64,000 bases of DNA from Rhodospirillales bacterium (GCA_022823235.1 JAJDXO010000026.1:66807-130806); one strand, 5' to 3'. Shown: positions 1-10,400, counted from the stretch's first letter. Notes: generated by a model from the letters alone, not told the origin. Numbers and translations: made by a program.

Positions 1-3
1 GAA

Positions 4-915
4 TTACAGGACGATTTCGGCCTTCCAGAAATTCACCACCGGCGGCTCGTCCCAGTGGCGGGTCTCCCAATCGTCGTCCATGCGGTCCATGTCGGAGAAA
101 TACTCGATCTCGCCGCCCAGGGGACAGGCGAAGTACCAGTGCAGGTTCGATCCCAGATTGTGGCGGCCCGGACTGCGCGACGTGTCCCAGCCACGGTCCC
201 GCATCCATTTGCCGCCGATGACGATCTCCTCGAAATCGCGAACCTCGTAGGCGACGTGATTGAAGGCGATCCTTGCCGGCGCCCCGTCCCTGTCCCGGTG
301 AGCCAGAAACAGCACATGATGATAGGTCGAGCCGTCGGGCCGCATGAAATCGCCCATGCCGGTCACCGCGTCGGTGATCCGGAATCCCAGCCGGTCGGTA
401 TAAAACGAGACAGCCTTCTCCCGGATGGTACTCGGAATATTGAACACCACGTGGCCGATCCGCATGGGGCGGGGGCGGTCGATCTGATCGATGCGCGCAT
501 TGAGCCGCGGCACGTGCTCCTTGAAATTCTGCACCGGCTCCGAACCGGCGACATCGAACTCGTCCTTCAGCCGGAAGCCGATGCCCAGGCCCGCGTCGTC
601 CATGGAATGGAAGGTTCCGTTTCCGTCCTCGGCCACGTCCCGGTCCGATGACAGCTCGTCGACGATTGCTTTCAGGTGCGCCTCGTCGCTGACGCCCCAA
701 ACGGTCTCGCGAACCGTGGGACCCTCCTCGAGGTTCGGCGGCAGGGCCGGATCGTCAATTCCCAGCAGCACCACGTGCTGGTTTTCCGGCGTCTGGAATG
801 TCGCGCCGTGCAATCCCGCCTCGACCTGCTCCAAGCCCCAATCCTCCAGGAACCGGACACAGGCTTCCATGTCCTCGACGCCATAGACCAAGGATTCGAC
901 CCGATCGATGCTCAT
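4..915 (-). CDS. two-domain VOC-superfamily extradiol ring-cleavage dioxygenase-like protein
   Basis: ORF 4..948(-). N-terminal MSIDRVESLVYGVEDMEACVRFLEDWGL and a second module RIGHVVFNIPS..FYTDRLGF look like glyoxalase/extradiol dioxygenase repeats. Paralogous to 30316..31233 and 31354..32277. Start placed at ATG 915 (GGGGG 6 nt upstream); ATG 948 is also possible. Confidence 0.75.
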   Translation of the reverse strand: MSIDRVESLVYGVEDMEACVRFLEDWGLEQVEAGLHGATFQTPENQHVVLLGIDDPALPPNLEEGPTVRETVWGVSDEAHLKAIVDELSSDRDVAEDGNGTFHSMDDAGLGIGFRLKDEFDVAGSEPVQNFKEHVPRLNARIDQIDRPRPMRIGHVVFNIPSTIREKAVSFYTDRLGFRITDAVTGMGDFMRPDGSTYHHVLFLAHRDRDGAPARIAFNHVAYEVRDFEEIVIGGKWMRDRGWDTSRSPGRHNLGSNLHWYFACPLGGEIEYFSDMDRMDDDWETRHWDEPPVVNFWKAEIVL

Positions 916-1082
916 TCGCACCCCCGATTTTGTCATGTTTGCCGGCATTCTATCCGCTGGGACCGGGCAGGGAACAGCAAAATCGGCCCGGAAACTGCTC
1001 TATGGGCATCCCCGTCTTGACCTCAATCGCGCCGGCGGCGCAAAGTCGCATCAAAGAACGGCACCAATCCAGGGAGGATCAA

Positions 1083-2135
1083 ATGCCGGCACGGGAAATC
1101 CATTTATGCGGCAGCATTCCGTTGGCCGATGCCCGCGAAGTGTTCGAGACCGTCGCCGAGAAGCTTGGCGACGCCTGTAAACGAATCCCCGACGGCGAGA
1201 CCGGCGAGCGCCTCGCCTGGATCAGGTGGCAGGATCATGTCTTCGCCGATCACCCCCAGCTGGATGCGGTCCAGTCCGAGGGAGACTACCGCAATGCAAC
1301 GGCGGTGACCGGCACCGGGCGGGCCATGGCGCATACCACCTGGTTCCGGATCAAGGAAAACGTCTCACCCAAGGATTTGGAGATGCGGCCGCTCGGTTAC
1401 GCCGACTGCGCCATCGAGAGCTATGCCGAATTCGAAAAACTGAAGAAGGCGGGCAGGATCGGCGAAGGCATAAAGTTCCTGATCGCCGTGCCGTCACCCT
1501 TCAACGTGATCAATTCGGCCATCGCGCCCGACCATCGTATCCTGGTGGAACACGCTTACGAATCCCGCATGCTGCGGGAAATCGAACAGGTTGCCGACGC
1601 ATTGCCTCACGACCAGATCGCCTGGCAGTGGGACAACGCGCATGACATGCAGGCCTTCGACGGCGCGCGGCAGACCTACTTCCCGTTCCACCGGGACGGG
1701 ATCGCCGAGCGGTTGGTCAAGTGCGGCGACGCCGTCCCGGCGGACATCGAGATGGGCTATCACTTCTGCTACGGATCATTCGGCGGCAAGCATTTCATCG
1801 AGCCCCGCGACATGGCTCCCATGGTGGATCTCGCCAACCGCTTGTCCGCCGGCGTGGGCCGCAACATCGACTGGATTCACATGCCGGTTCCGGTCGAACG
1901 GGACGACGAGGCTTACTTCGAAGCGCTCGCCAACCTGTCATTGAAACCGGAGACGCGGCTGTTCCTTGGTCTCATCCACGACACCGACGGGGTCGAGGGC
2001 ACGCGCAGACGGATGACAACCGCCGACAAGTACGTGTCCGGCTACGGTGTCGCGACGGAATGCGGTTTTGGACGGCGTCCCGCCGAAACCGTGGGTCCGC
2101 TGCTCGACATCCATGCCGAGGTGGCGGCGGGGTAA
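1083..2135 (+). CDS. MetE C-terminal-like (UROD/MetE fold) Zn-dependent methyltransferase family protein
   Basis: In-frame ATG 1083 preceded by AGGGAGGA. The upstream part of ORF 798..2135 is Pro/Arg-rich junk. YHFCYG (His-x-Cys) and TECGFG resemble the Zn ligands of cobalamin-independent methionine synthase. Confidence 0.6.
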   Translation: MPAREIHLCGSIPLADAREVFETVAEKLGDACKRIPDGETGERLAWIRWQDHVFADHPQLDAVQSEGDYRNATAVTGTGRAMAHTTWFRIKENVSPKDLEMRPLGYADCAIESYAEFEKLKKAGRIGEGIKFLIAVPSPFNVINSAIAPDHRILVEHAYESRMLREIEQVADALPHDQIAWQWDNAHDMQAFDGARQTYFPFHRDGIAERLVKCGDAVPADIEMGYHFCYGSFGGKHFIEPRDMAPMVDLANRLSAGVGRNIDWIHMPVPVERDDEAYFEALANLSLKPETRLFLGLIHDTDGVEGTRRRMTTADKYVSGYGVATECGFGRRPAETVGPLLDIHAEVAAG

Positions 2136-2200
2136 GGTCTGGATTCCGAACCGGGGATTGGGCGAGCATCGCCCGCACGCTCCCCCGGAGAGGAAAAGGG

Positions 2201-3406
2201 CTAAACGTCCACCTCAATGATTTCCTGCGGGAATTCGTGGATCGAGGCGCCCGGCCCGTCATCGCCGATGATGTAGTTGTCGCAAATCCAGTTGAACGCC
2301 CCGTCGCCGACCCATCCGGGGTGGCAAACCAGGTTCATATCCTTCTCGATCTTCATCGGCTCATCGAAGCGGACCAGGGGCCGTTCCACCAGATCGTAGC
2401 CCTGGCCGTGGCAGTAGAGCCTGGACTCGTTCGGCTTCCCCCGCTCTTCGAGCCACGCGTTGTGGGCATCCCAGATTTCCTTGCAGTCGGCGCCCGGCTT
2501 CAGCCGGCCCAGTGTGTGCTTCTGGGCCTCGAGGACGAGTTCGAGATTGTCCTTCATTTCCTGGCTTGCCTTGCCGAGAACGATGGTGCGGCCGATTTCG
2601 GTGAAAAAGCCGCCGTCGCCGTTGTTCTCGACCAGCAGCGAGAACACATCGCCCTTCTCGATGACGCGATTCTGGTTGTGCCGCCCGCCGATGGTCGCGG
2701 GGGTTCCGAGCGGCGCCGATGAGCACAAATAGATTCCCTGCTCACTGGCCAGGTTTTCGCCCTTGTGGCGGGCCACGGCGGCAACATCCGAATCGCGCAT
2801 ACCGGGCTTGATCGCCTCGATGGCGGCCTTCATGGCTTCCACCTGCTGGGCCGCGCAACCCTTTACCCGCTCCTGTTCTTCCGGGCTCTTGATCACCTTG
2901 ATGCGGTCGACGGCATCCGAGAAGTCGACGAAGTTGGTGTTGGAGAAATTGCCCCGCTTCAAATAGTCGACCATGGCAAACGACATTTGATAGGTCCCCA
3001 GAAGGCCGATGGTCCCCCCCTGATAGGGTTCGAGCGCCTTAGCGGCGAGCTCGGGATCGTAATCCGCGGTGTAGGGAACCGAAGCAAAACTGGGGGTGGT
3101 CAACAAGCGCTTGATACCGCGGTGGATGCCGTCGCCTTCGACGGGAATTTCCCGGTCGCCGCCGAACGGACCCTGATGGATCAAGGTCATCGCATCGTCG
3201 CGCGGAAAAACGACCGTATGCGGATAGCCGTTCGTGGCTGGAAGGTCGGTAAAGTACTTGCAGTAGCCGCCCATGTGGTCGTTGTTGTTTTGCATGAGGA
3301 GGACATCGACGCCGGCATCCTCCATCGCGCTGCGAACAGCTGTCCAGCGACGCTCCATCTCGGCGTCGGACAACGGCATGTTAAGACGTTCGGACATTTC
3401 AACCAC
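2201..3406 (-). CDS. M24 family metallohydrolase (creatinase / Xaa-Pro aminopeptidase-like)
   Basis: 401-aa ORF with a creatinase-type N-domain (RWTAVRSAMEDAGVDVLLM) and a pita-bread C-domain. GTG 3406 or ATG 3397 as start, with GGAGA just upstream. Confidence 0.75.
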   Translation of the reverse strand: MVEMSERLNMPLSDAEMERRWTAVRSAMEDAGVDVLLMQNNNDHMGGYCKYFTDLPATNGYPHTVVFPRDDAMTLIHQGPFGGDREIPVEGDGIHRGIKRLLTTPSFASVPYTADYDPELAAKALEPYQGGTIGLLGTYQMSFAMVDYLKRGNFSNTNFVDFSDAVDRIKVIKSPEEQERVKGCAAQQVEAMKAAIEAIKPGMRDSDVAAVARHKGENLASEQGIYLCSSAPLGTPATIGGRHNQNRVIEKGDVFSLLVENNGDGGFFTEIGRTIVLGKASQEMKDNLELVLEAQKHTLGRLKPGADCKEIWDAHNAWLEERGKPNESRLYCHGQGYDLVERPLVRFDEPMKIEKDMNLVCHPGWVGDGAFNWICDNYIIGDDGPGASIHEFPQEIIEVDV

Positions 3407-3433
3407 GGTATTCTCCCTTCCCTGGACCGGCGC

Positions 3434-4381
3434 TCACCCGCCGGAAACGATATTGATCATCTTATCCCGTTCACCCGCCAAGTAGGCACGGAGATTGGGT
3501 TCCTGAATAGTCAGCAGGTTCTGCTCGTATTGATCGCTGCGTCCGCCGGTAAACGGCGTAATGAAGACGTTCTCCATATCCCAAAGCGGATTATCGTCGG
3601 GCAGCGGCGCCGTTTCGAATACGTCCAGACCCGCCCCGGATATCTTGCCGCCGTCGAGCGCGTCGATGAGAGCCGCCTCATCGACCACGCCGCCGCGGGC
3701 CACATTCACCAGCATTGCCGTCGGCTTCATGGCCTCGAACACGTCGGCGTTCACGATCTTGTCGTTCTCCGGCGTGAACGGCACGAGGACGATGAAGAAG
3801 TCCGCTTCGCCTGCCGCCTCGAGCAGCTCGTCACGGCCGTAAATCCGATCGAAGCCGGGCACGTCGCGCGGCGAAGCCGAGATGCCATGGACGGTCATCC
3901 CGAACGCTTTGAGGACACCGGCCAGATGCCCGGCGATGGCGCCGACGCCCAATATGACCGCCACGCGGTTGTCCAATACCCTGGGCAAAAACCGTTCCCA
4001 GACATGGTCCCGCTGGTTTCGCGCAAGCCGGCCGACCTGCCGGTACATGGCCATCATATGAAGAACCGTAATCTCCGACATTTGGGGTCCGTGAATGCCC
4101 CGGCCGTTGGTCAACAGAATGTCGGGCCGCGCCTCGAGCAGGTCGGTCAGGTGATCGGTGCCGGTTATGCTGCACTGAATCCATTTGAGCTTTCCGCACG
4201 CCGCAAGACGCTCCGGCGTCAGCCACCGGCCGATGGAAAACAGGATTTCGGCGGCCGGAAGATGCTCTTCCGCCGCATCGCCGTCAGGCGCCAAAAGAAA
4301 ATTGACGTCGGGAAAAAGCGGCGAGAGATGGCCGCGATAAAAGTCCGCCTCGGAATCGACAACCAGTAAATTGGTGACCAT
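3434..4381 (-). CDS. D-isomer-specific 2-hydroxyacid dehydrogenase, NAD-binding
   Basis: 315 aa. Rossmann stretch VAVILGVGAIAGHLAGVLKAFGM and NVARGGVVDE typical of the family. Sits 27 nt upstream of the M24 gene on the same strand. Confidence 0.8.
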   Translation of the reverse strand: MVTNLLVVDSEADFYRGHLSPLFPDVNFLLAPDGDAAEEHLPAAEILFSIGRWLTPERLAACGKLKWIQCSITGTDHLTDLLEARPDILLTNGRGIHGPQMSEITVLHMMAMYRQVGRLARNQRDHVWERFLPRVLDNRVAVILGVGAIAGHLAGVLKAFGMTVHGISASPRDVPGFDRIYGRDELLEAAGEADFFIVLVPFTPENDKIVNADVFEAMKPTAMLVNVARGGVVDEAALIDALDGGKISGAGLDVFETAPLPDDNPLWDMENVFITPFTGGRSDQYEQNLLTIQEPNLRAYLAGERDKMINIVSGG

Positions 4382-4393
4382 CCGCGGATTCTT

Positions 4394-4424
4394 CCTCCCC
4401 TTGGCCTCCCTTGGGCCTCCCCTG
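4394..4424 (-). repeat. three tandem ~11-nt Shine-Dalgarno-like units (GGGGAGG / GGGAGG / GGGGAGG on the minus strand)
   Basis: + strand CCTCCCCTTGG CCTCCCTTGGG CCTCCCCTGG, immediately upstream of ATG 4381. Confidence 0.6.
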
Positions 4425-4543
4425 GAAATCCGCCGCCGAAATGGCCGCGGATCATGCTCATTTTTATGAAATCAAGGCACCATGCGGAGAGATGAAAGTC
4501 AAGCGATCGGGCTTGCGCTTGCGGCCCAGGCCGGCGAGTAGGA

Positions 4544-4957
4544 TTACGTCGAATAGTAGTTGAGTTCGAGGATCACCCCGTTGGGATCCTTGATGAAGAT
4601 TTGATAGAGGCCGCGATCCGACAGGTCCCGGTCCCAATAGCCGATGTCGCGATCCTTCAGCAGGTTCAGGACCTCATCCGCGTCTTCGATGGTGAAGGCG
4701 ATGTGGTTGTCGATCCCGCTGTCTTCCATATCCTCCTTGGTGCCCTGGCCTTCGGGCAGCGGCGTGCCGTCCAGGTCCTCGCTCTCGTCCTTGACCAGAT
4801 GAATAATCGCCTTGTCCCCGGCATACATCCAATAGCCGGTGGATTTCAGTTTGGGCCGGAAGCCGGCCTCCAGGCCGAGAACGTCCTCGTAGAACTTTCT
4901 GCTGTCTTCCAATCGCTTGGACGCGATGGACCAGTGATCCAATGAATTAACGATCAT
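4544..4957 (-). CDS. small VOC/glyoxalase family protein
   Basis: ATG 4957 preceded by GGGGGAG. MIVNSLDHWSIASKRLEDSRKFYEDVLGL is a glyoxalase-type beta-alpha-beta-beta-beta module. The longer ORF to 5044 lacks an RBS. Confidence 0.75.
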   Translation of the reverse strand: MIVNSLDHWSIASKRLEDSRKFYEDVLGLEAGFRPKLKSTGYWMYAGDKAIIHLVKDESEDLDGTPLPEGQGTKEDMEDSGIDNHIAFTIEDADEVLNLLKDRDIGYWDRDLSDRGLYQIFIKDPNGVILELNYYST

Positions 4958-5277
4958 TTTGGGCTCCCCCCGAAATAGGCCCGCATATTGCCATGGGGGA
5001 TGAGCCTCATCCAGTCTGGGCGTTGAATTCCCGGCCAGGGTCATGGTCTGCGCGGCGCTGCCGGCCCGAGAGCGCCACCCTTCGGGTCGTGCGCCGAAAA
5101 CCCGTCCGGCGCCGCAAATATTTCCAAAGTCCGCATCATTTTGGAAAAAATGATAAAATTGTTTATTTTTAGATGTTTATTCCATATTTCGAGGTGCGCT
5201 CCCGGCCGATATCCCTCCCGATTATCCCCGGTTGGGCGAAAATTCTATGAAGTTATGAAAATAATTCAAAAAAACGC

Positions 5278-5307
5278 TTGCGACATATGCGACCGATATG
5301 GTATGGT
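5278..5307 (+). promoter_or_regulatory. candidate sigma70-type promoter (TTGCGA-18 nt-TATGGT)
   Basis: TTGCGA at 5278-5283 and TATGGT at 5302-5307, at the edge of an AT-rich tract. No downstream + strand CDS. Confidence 0.25.
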
Positions 5308-5313
5308 TTTTTC

Positions 5314-5382
5314 CTAGGATCGGGAGCTTTGCGCGCCGGTCCCGCCGTTCGAACCGCAGCCGCCGTTTCCGGCGGCATTTTT
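5314..5382 (+). ncRNA. candidate orphan small RNA (~70 nt)
   Basis: Bounded by the candidate promoter and an intrinsic terminator. Internal hairpin CGGGA..TCCCG. No coding potential supported. Purely structural prediction. Confidence 0.25.
5359..5382 (+). terminator. rho-independent terminator
   Basis: GCCGCCG-TTTC-CGGCGGC followed by ATTTTT on the + strand. The U-tract exists only in the + orientation. Confidence 0.55.
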
Positions 5383-5435
5383 ACGCCCGGCCTTTACCAC
5401 GCCGCGCAGACCATGACCCCGGTGAGACATGCGGG

Positions 5436-6560
5436 CTAAGCGCCGAATTCCCGGCGAAGCGCACTGCCGTGTTCGTCGAGAGACGGGACCGGCCCCGGTT
5501 CCCGGGGCGCGCCTGTCAGCCGCGCGGGCGGCGCGGGGATCGCGGCGGGCCCGGTCCCGGTGGCGACTTCGATCCGGCGCAGATCGGGATGACCGGAGAA
5601 CTCGGCCACCGAGTTGACCCGGCCGAACGCAATGCCCGCATTTAGAAGTTTTGCCGCCATCTCTTCGCGGTCATGTTGATCGAACACGGACTGGATCTCG
5701 GCCTCCAGCCGGTGGACGTTCTCCACCCGCAGCGCCGCGGTCGAATAGGGGCCGTCATTCGCATAGTCGGGACGGCCGAGAATGTCGGCGGCAAAGGATG
5801 CCCATTCCCGCTCGTTCTGTATGGACAGAACCAGCAGGCCGCCGTCGGCGCACCGGAAGTTCGAATAGGGGGCGATGGAGGGATGGCGAAGCCCCACCCG
5901 AGCCGGCGCCGCGCCGCCGTAGTCGTTGTGGAGCAGCGGCACCGCCATCCAGTCGGCCATGCCATCGAAAAGGGAGACCTTGATCCCCTGCCCCTTGCCC
6001 GTTTGCCGGCGGGAAATCACCGCCTCCAGGATGGCGGAATAGGCGTACATGCCCGCGGCGATATCGCAAACCGAGACTCCGACACGGCCGGGCGCCTCGG
6101 GCGTTCCGGTGATGGAGGCGAGCCCCGTCTCGGCCTGGACCAGCATGTCATAGGCCTTCATGTCCCTTGAGGGGCCCTCCTCCGCGTAGCCGGAAATGTC
6201 GGCGGTGATGAGATGCGGATGCGCCTCGCGGAGCGCCTCTCCGCCGAACCCGGCCCGATCGGCGGCCCCGGGGATCAGGTTTTGGACGAATACATCCGCT
6301 CCGGCGATCATCCGGTGAAGGAGCGCCTGGTCATCGTCATCCTTGATGTCGAGGACGATGCTTTCCTTCCCTCTGTTGAGCCATACGAAATAGGCGCTTT
6401 CACCATGAACGACACTGTCATAGGCGCGGGCGAAATCACCGCTTTCGCGCTCGATCTTGATGACCCGGGCGCCGGCATCCGCCAGCCGCGAGGTGCAATA
6501 GGGGGCGGCCACCGCCTGTTCCAGGGTGACCACCAATAGACCTTCCAGCGGACCCGTCAT
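5436..6560 (-). CDS. family III CoA-transferase (CaiB/BaiF type)
   Basis: 374 aa. N-terminus GLLVVTLEQAVAAPYCTSRLADAGARVIKIE is the family III CoA-transferase signature region. Confidence 0.85.
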   Translation of the reverse strand: MTGPLEGLLVVTLEQAVAAPYCTSRLADAGARVIKIERESGDFARAYDSVVHGESAYFVWLNRGKESIVLDIKDDDDQALLHRMIAGADVFVQNLIPGAADRAGFGGEALREAHPHLITADISGYAEEGPSRDMKAYDMLVQAETGLASITGTPEAPGRVGVSVCDIAAGMYAYSAILEAVISRRQTGKGQGIKVSLFDGMADWMAVPLLHNDYGGAAPARVGLRHPSIAPYSNFRCADGGLLVLSIQNEREWASFAADILGRPDYANDGPYSTAALRVENVHRLEAEIQSVFDQHDREEMAAKLLNAGIAFGRVNSVAEFSGHPDLRRIEVATGTGPAAIPAPPARLTGAPREPGPVPSLDEHGSALRREFGA

Positions 6561-6645
6561 GGTCCATCTCCTTCAATTGCCTTCGGCCTAGGGCTATCAG
6601 GAAACGACGGTGGAATCGAGGCACCCCGGCACTCATAATGGACGG

Positions 6646-7494
6646 ATGACTGAAACGGCCGTTCCCGTGCGCCGCACCCTGCTCTACATGCCGGGCGCCC
6701 GCATCGAGATTTATCCCAAGGCGCTCGCCAGCGGGGCCGACATCGTTTGCGTCGATCTGGAGGACGCGGTTGCCGCCGATGTGAAGGACAAGACCCGGAG
6801 CAACACACTCGCGGTCTTCGCCGACACCCATGACGGTTCCGTCGAGCGCCTGATGCGTATCAACGGGGTGGAAACCGGCGCCGGACGAGCCGATCTCGCC
6901 GCCCTCGCCGAAGCCGATGCGCCGCCGGACGGCGTGGTGATCCCCAAGTGCGGCGATCCGGACCACGTGCGTACCGTTGCCGATGCCACCAAGGGCCGCG
7001 AAATGCTCATCCACCCGCTGATCGAGTCCGCCCGCGGGCTCGAAGCGGCTTTCGAAATCGCGTCCGCCGACGAGCGGGTGGGTTTCATCATGCTGGGCTC
7101 CCAGGATATGGCCCTCGACCTCCGCGCCGAGCATGCTTGGGAACCGCTGCTCTACGCCCGGTCCCGGCTTGTCGCGGCGGCCCGCGCCGCCGGCGTCGAT
7201 GTGCTCGATGCGCCCTGGTTCCATATTCAGGACCTGGACGGGCTGGCCGCGGAAGCCCAGGCGGTACGGAAACTCGGCTTCACCGGCAAATCCTTGATCC
7301 ACCCCAAACACGTGGAGGCGGTCAACGGCGTGTTTTCACCCTCGGCGGAAGAGGTCGCCGAGGCCCGCGACCTGATCGCCAGGTTCGACGCCCAGGATCA
7401 GGCGGCGGTAATGATCGACGGCCAATTCCTGGAGCCGCCCATTATCGAGCGGCTGAAACGCATCGCGGCCGTTGGAGAAAGGATCGGTCTTTAG
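6646..7494 (+). CDS. HpcH/HpaI aldolase - citrate lyase beta (CitE)-like acyl-CoA lyase
   Basis: ATG 6646. RRTLLYMPGA..DIVCVDLEDAV matches the CitE/malyl-CoA lyase N-terminal motif. Divergent from the CoA-transferase. Confidence 0.8.
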   Translation: MTETAVPVRRTLLYMPGARIEIYPKALASGADIVCVDLEDAVAADVKDKTRSNTLAVFADTHDGSVERLMRINGVETGAGRADLAALAEADAPPDGVVIPKCGDPDHVRTVADATKGREMLIHPLIESARGLEAAFEIASADERVGFIMLGSQDMALDLRAEHAWEPLLYARSRLVAAARAAGVDVLDAPWFHIQDLDGLAAEAQAVRKLGFTGKSLIHPKHVEAVNGVFSPSAEEVAEARDLIARFDAQDQAAVMIDGQFLEPPIIERLKRIAAVGERIGL

Positions 7495-10400
7495 CTATTC
7501 CGCCGCCTCGGCCTCCGCGGGGTTCTGGTGGAACAGTTCACGAAGTGCCTTGGCCTTTTCCCGCGCCGCTTCGGCGTGCTTGTCCTTGACCGGACCATAC
7601 CCGCGGATCGACTGCGGCAGCGCGGCGAGCTCGACGGCGGTCTCATAATTGGCCGCATTCAGGTTCGACAGGATTTCGTCGAGCGTTCCCTGGTAGGCGG
7701 ACAGCAGCTTTCGCTCCATCTTGCGGTCTTCGGAGTAGCGGAAGATGTCGAGCGCCGTGCCCCGCAGGCACCTCAGTTTGGCCAGCAATTGGAGGGCAAA
7801 ATACCACGGCGCCGGATAGGCCATCTTCTCGGGCCGGCCGGTCACCGGATCGATCTTGGCGAACATCGGCGGCGCGAAGTTGAAGGCAATCTTGAAATCG
7901 CCCTCGAATTGTTCGCGAAGTTTCGCCTCGAAGCGGCCATCGGTGAACAGCCGGGCCACCTCGTACTCGTCCTTTACCGCCATCAGCTTGTAGAGGGACC
8001 GCGCGACGGCCTCGGTCAACTCGGTGCGGCCGGGCGCCACGGCGGCTTCGGCGTCGCGGACCCGTGCGACCGCTGAGCCATAGGTCTCGGCGAAGCCGGC
8101 ATTTTGATACGCCGTCAGCGATTCCACCCGCCGTTCGACGATCCGGTCGACGGTCTCGGGCGGTTGGGCATCATCCTCCCCGCCGGCCAGTTCCAGCACC
8201 CGGGACAGGTCCTCGGCGGCGACCCGTCCCCAGGCGAGCGCCCGAAGGTTGGCCTCCACCGCGACGCCATTGAGGCGGATCGCCTTTTCGAGCGAGCCGA
8301 GTGAAACCGGGAGATATCCCTTTTGGAGCGCAAAGCCGATCATGAAGATGTTGGACATGATCGTATCGCCCATAATCCGTTCCGCGAGATGTGTCGCGTT
8401 CAGCATCGTGGCGCGCTCGGCGCCGATCTGTGCCGAAATGGCATCCCGGTATCCGCCGCCGTCGATGGACATATCGGGCTGCTCCGCAAAGCTCGCCAGC
8501 GGCACCAGATGGGAATTCACGACCGCATGGCTGCGATCCCGCGACAGGGTGGAAATCATCTCCTGGCTGGCGGCGGTGATCATGTCGAACCCGAGAAGGA
8601 CATCCGTCATGCCGGCGCCGATGCGGGTCGCGGCCAAGTGCTCGACCGACCGGGCGATCCGCACGTGGGAGCCCACCGCACCGTTCTTCTGCGCCAGCCC
8701 CGTCTGATCGAGAACCGATACCGCGAGGCCGTCCAGGTGCGCGGCAACGCCGAGCAGCGCGCCGACGGTAATCACGCCGGTCCCCCCGATACCGCCCAAA
8801 AGCACATTGCAGGTGACATCGAATCCGGCGGCGGCGGGAATCGGAAGACCGGCCGCCGGATCGCCGCCTGACGCCGTTTCCGGCTTGGCGGCCTTCCTGA
8901 GCGTGCCGCCCCGGACCGTCACGAAGCTGGGGCAAAAGCCGTCGAGACAGGTGAAATCCTTGTTGCAGGAAGACTGGTCGATGGCCCGTTTGCGGCCGAA
9001 TGGCGTTTCGACCGGACGCACCGCCACGCAGTTGGACGTCTCGCCGCAATCGCCGCATCCCTCGCAGACCAGGTCGTTGATGAACATGCGCTGATCCGGA
9101 TCGGGAAACGTGCCGCGCTTGCGCCGCCGGCGCTTCTCCGCGGCGCACGTCTGGTCATAAACGATGGCCGTGGCGCCCGGCACCTCACGAAGCTCGCGCT
9201 GCAGCCGGTCCAACTCGTGGCGCTCATGAACCTCCACCCCGTCGGCGAAAGGGGTATCTTCGGGGTACTTTTCGGGCTCGTCGGTGACCACCAGGATGCG
9301 GCGCACGCCTTCGGCGCGAAGCTGACGGGTAATGTCCGCCGGCGTCAGATTGCCTTCGACCGCCTGGCCGCCGGTCAGCGCGACGGCATCATTGTACAGG
9401 ATCTTGTAGGTGATATTGACCCCGGCCCGGACCGCGGCGCGTACCGCCAGCAGGCCCGAGTGATAATAGGTGCCGTCGCCCATGTTCTGGAACATGTGCT
9501 CCGTCGTCGAGAACGGCGCCATGCCGATCCAGGTGCCGCCCTCGCCGCCCATGTGGGTATAGGCGCCGACCGAGCGGTCCATATAGACCGACAGCGTATG
9601 ACAGCCGATGCCCGCGAGGGCGCTGGACCCCTCCGGCACTTTGGTCGAGGTGTTGTGAGGACAGCCGGCGCAGAACCAGGGCTTTCGCTCGCCAAGATCG
9701 GCATTGCGGCCCTCTGCCTGGGTCCGCCGCGACAGCGCACTCAGGGCGTCGTTGAGACAGCTCCGCCGTTCCTCGTCCAGGAAGCGGCCGGCGATGATCC
9801 GCGCCAGCATCGTGCCGGTCAACTCGCCGGATTCCGGCACCAGCGCCCGGCCCTTCTCGTCCCGTTTGCCGACCAGCCGGGGCCGCCGGCCGTCGGGGAG
9901 ATCGAATAACATCCGGGCCAGCTGGTCTTCGATGATATTGCGCTTCTCCTCGACCACCAGGACCTCCTGGTGCCCGGCGCAGAACTCCCGCACCGGCTCG
10001 GGGACCAGCGGCCAGGGCATCGCCACCTTGAACACGCTGATGCCGAGGTCGGCCACCTGCCGGTCGGTCAGACCCAGCTCCTCGAAGGCCTGGCAGACAT
10101 CCGTCCATGCCTTGCCCGTCGCAACGATGCCGAGACGCTTGGTCCCGGAGGCGTGGGTCTGACGATCGAGCCTGTTCCAGCGGACGAAGGCCTGAGCCGC
10201 CTTGAGCTTGACGTCCACATGCCGGACCTCCTTGGCGACCGCCCCGTCCGGCCAACGGAAATGGACTCCATCCGGCGGAATATGAAAATCCCCGGGCTCG
10301 GTGAGTTGCATCCGGTCCAGGGAGCCGTCGACGGACGCGGCGCTCTCCACCGTATCGGCAACGCACTTGAGGCCGACCCAGCACCCCGAGTAGCGGCTGA

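Noticed and set aside
949-1082. Possible SAM or cobalamin riboswitch upstream of the MetE-like gene
   Set aside because: I could not find a B12 box or the SAM-II pseudoknot consensus in the 134-nt leader. Only a covariance-model scan could revisit this.
2765-4369. 534-aa ORF on the + strand
   Set aside because: Runs antisense across two genes with clear family signatures (M24 hydrolase and 2-hydroxyacid dehydrogenase). Arg/Gly/His-rich, low-complexity composition typical of off-frame translation in GC-rich DNA.
4394-4424. Tandem 11-mers considered as a CRISPR-like or minisatellite array
   Set aside because: Only three units, no spacers, no cas genes. Recorded as a simple tandem repeat instead.
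5343-5360. GTTCGAACC resembling a tRNA T-loop
   Set aside because: The flanking bases cannot form a T-stem, and no acceptor, D or anticodon arms can be drawn. Not a tRNA.
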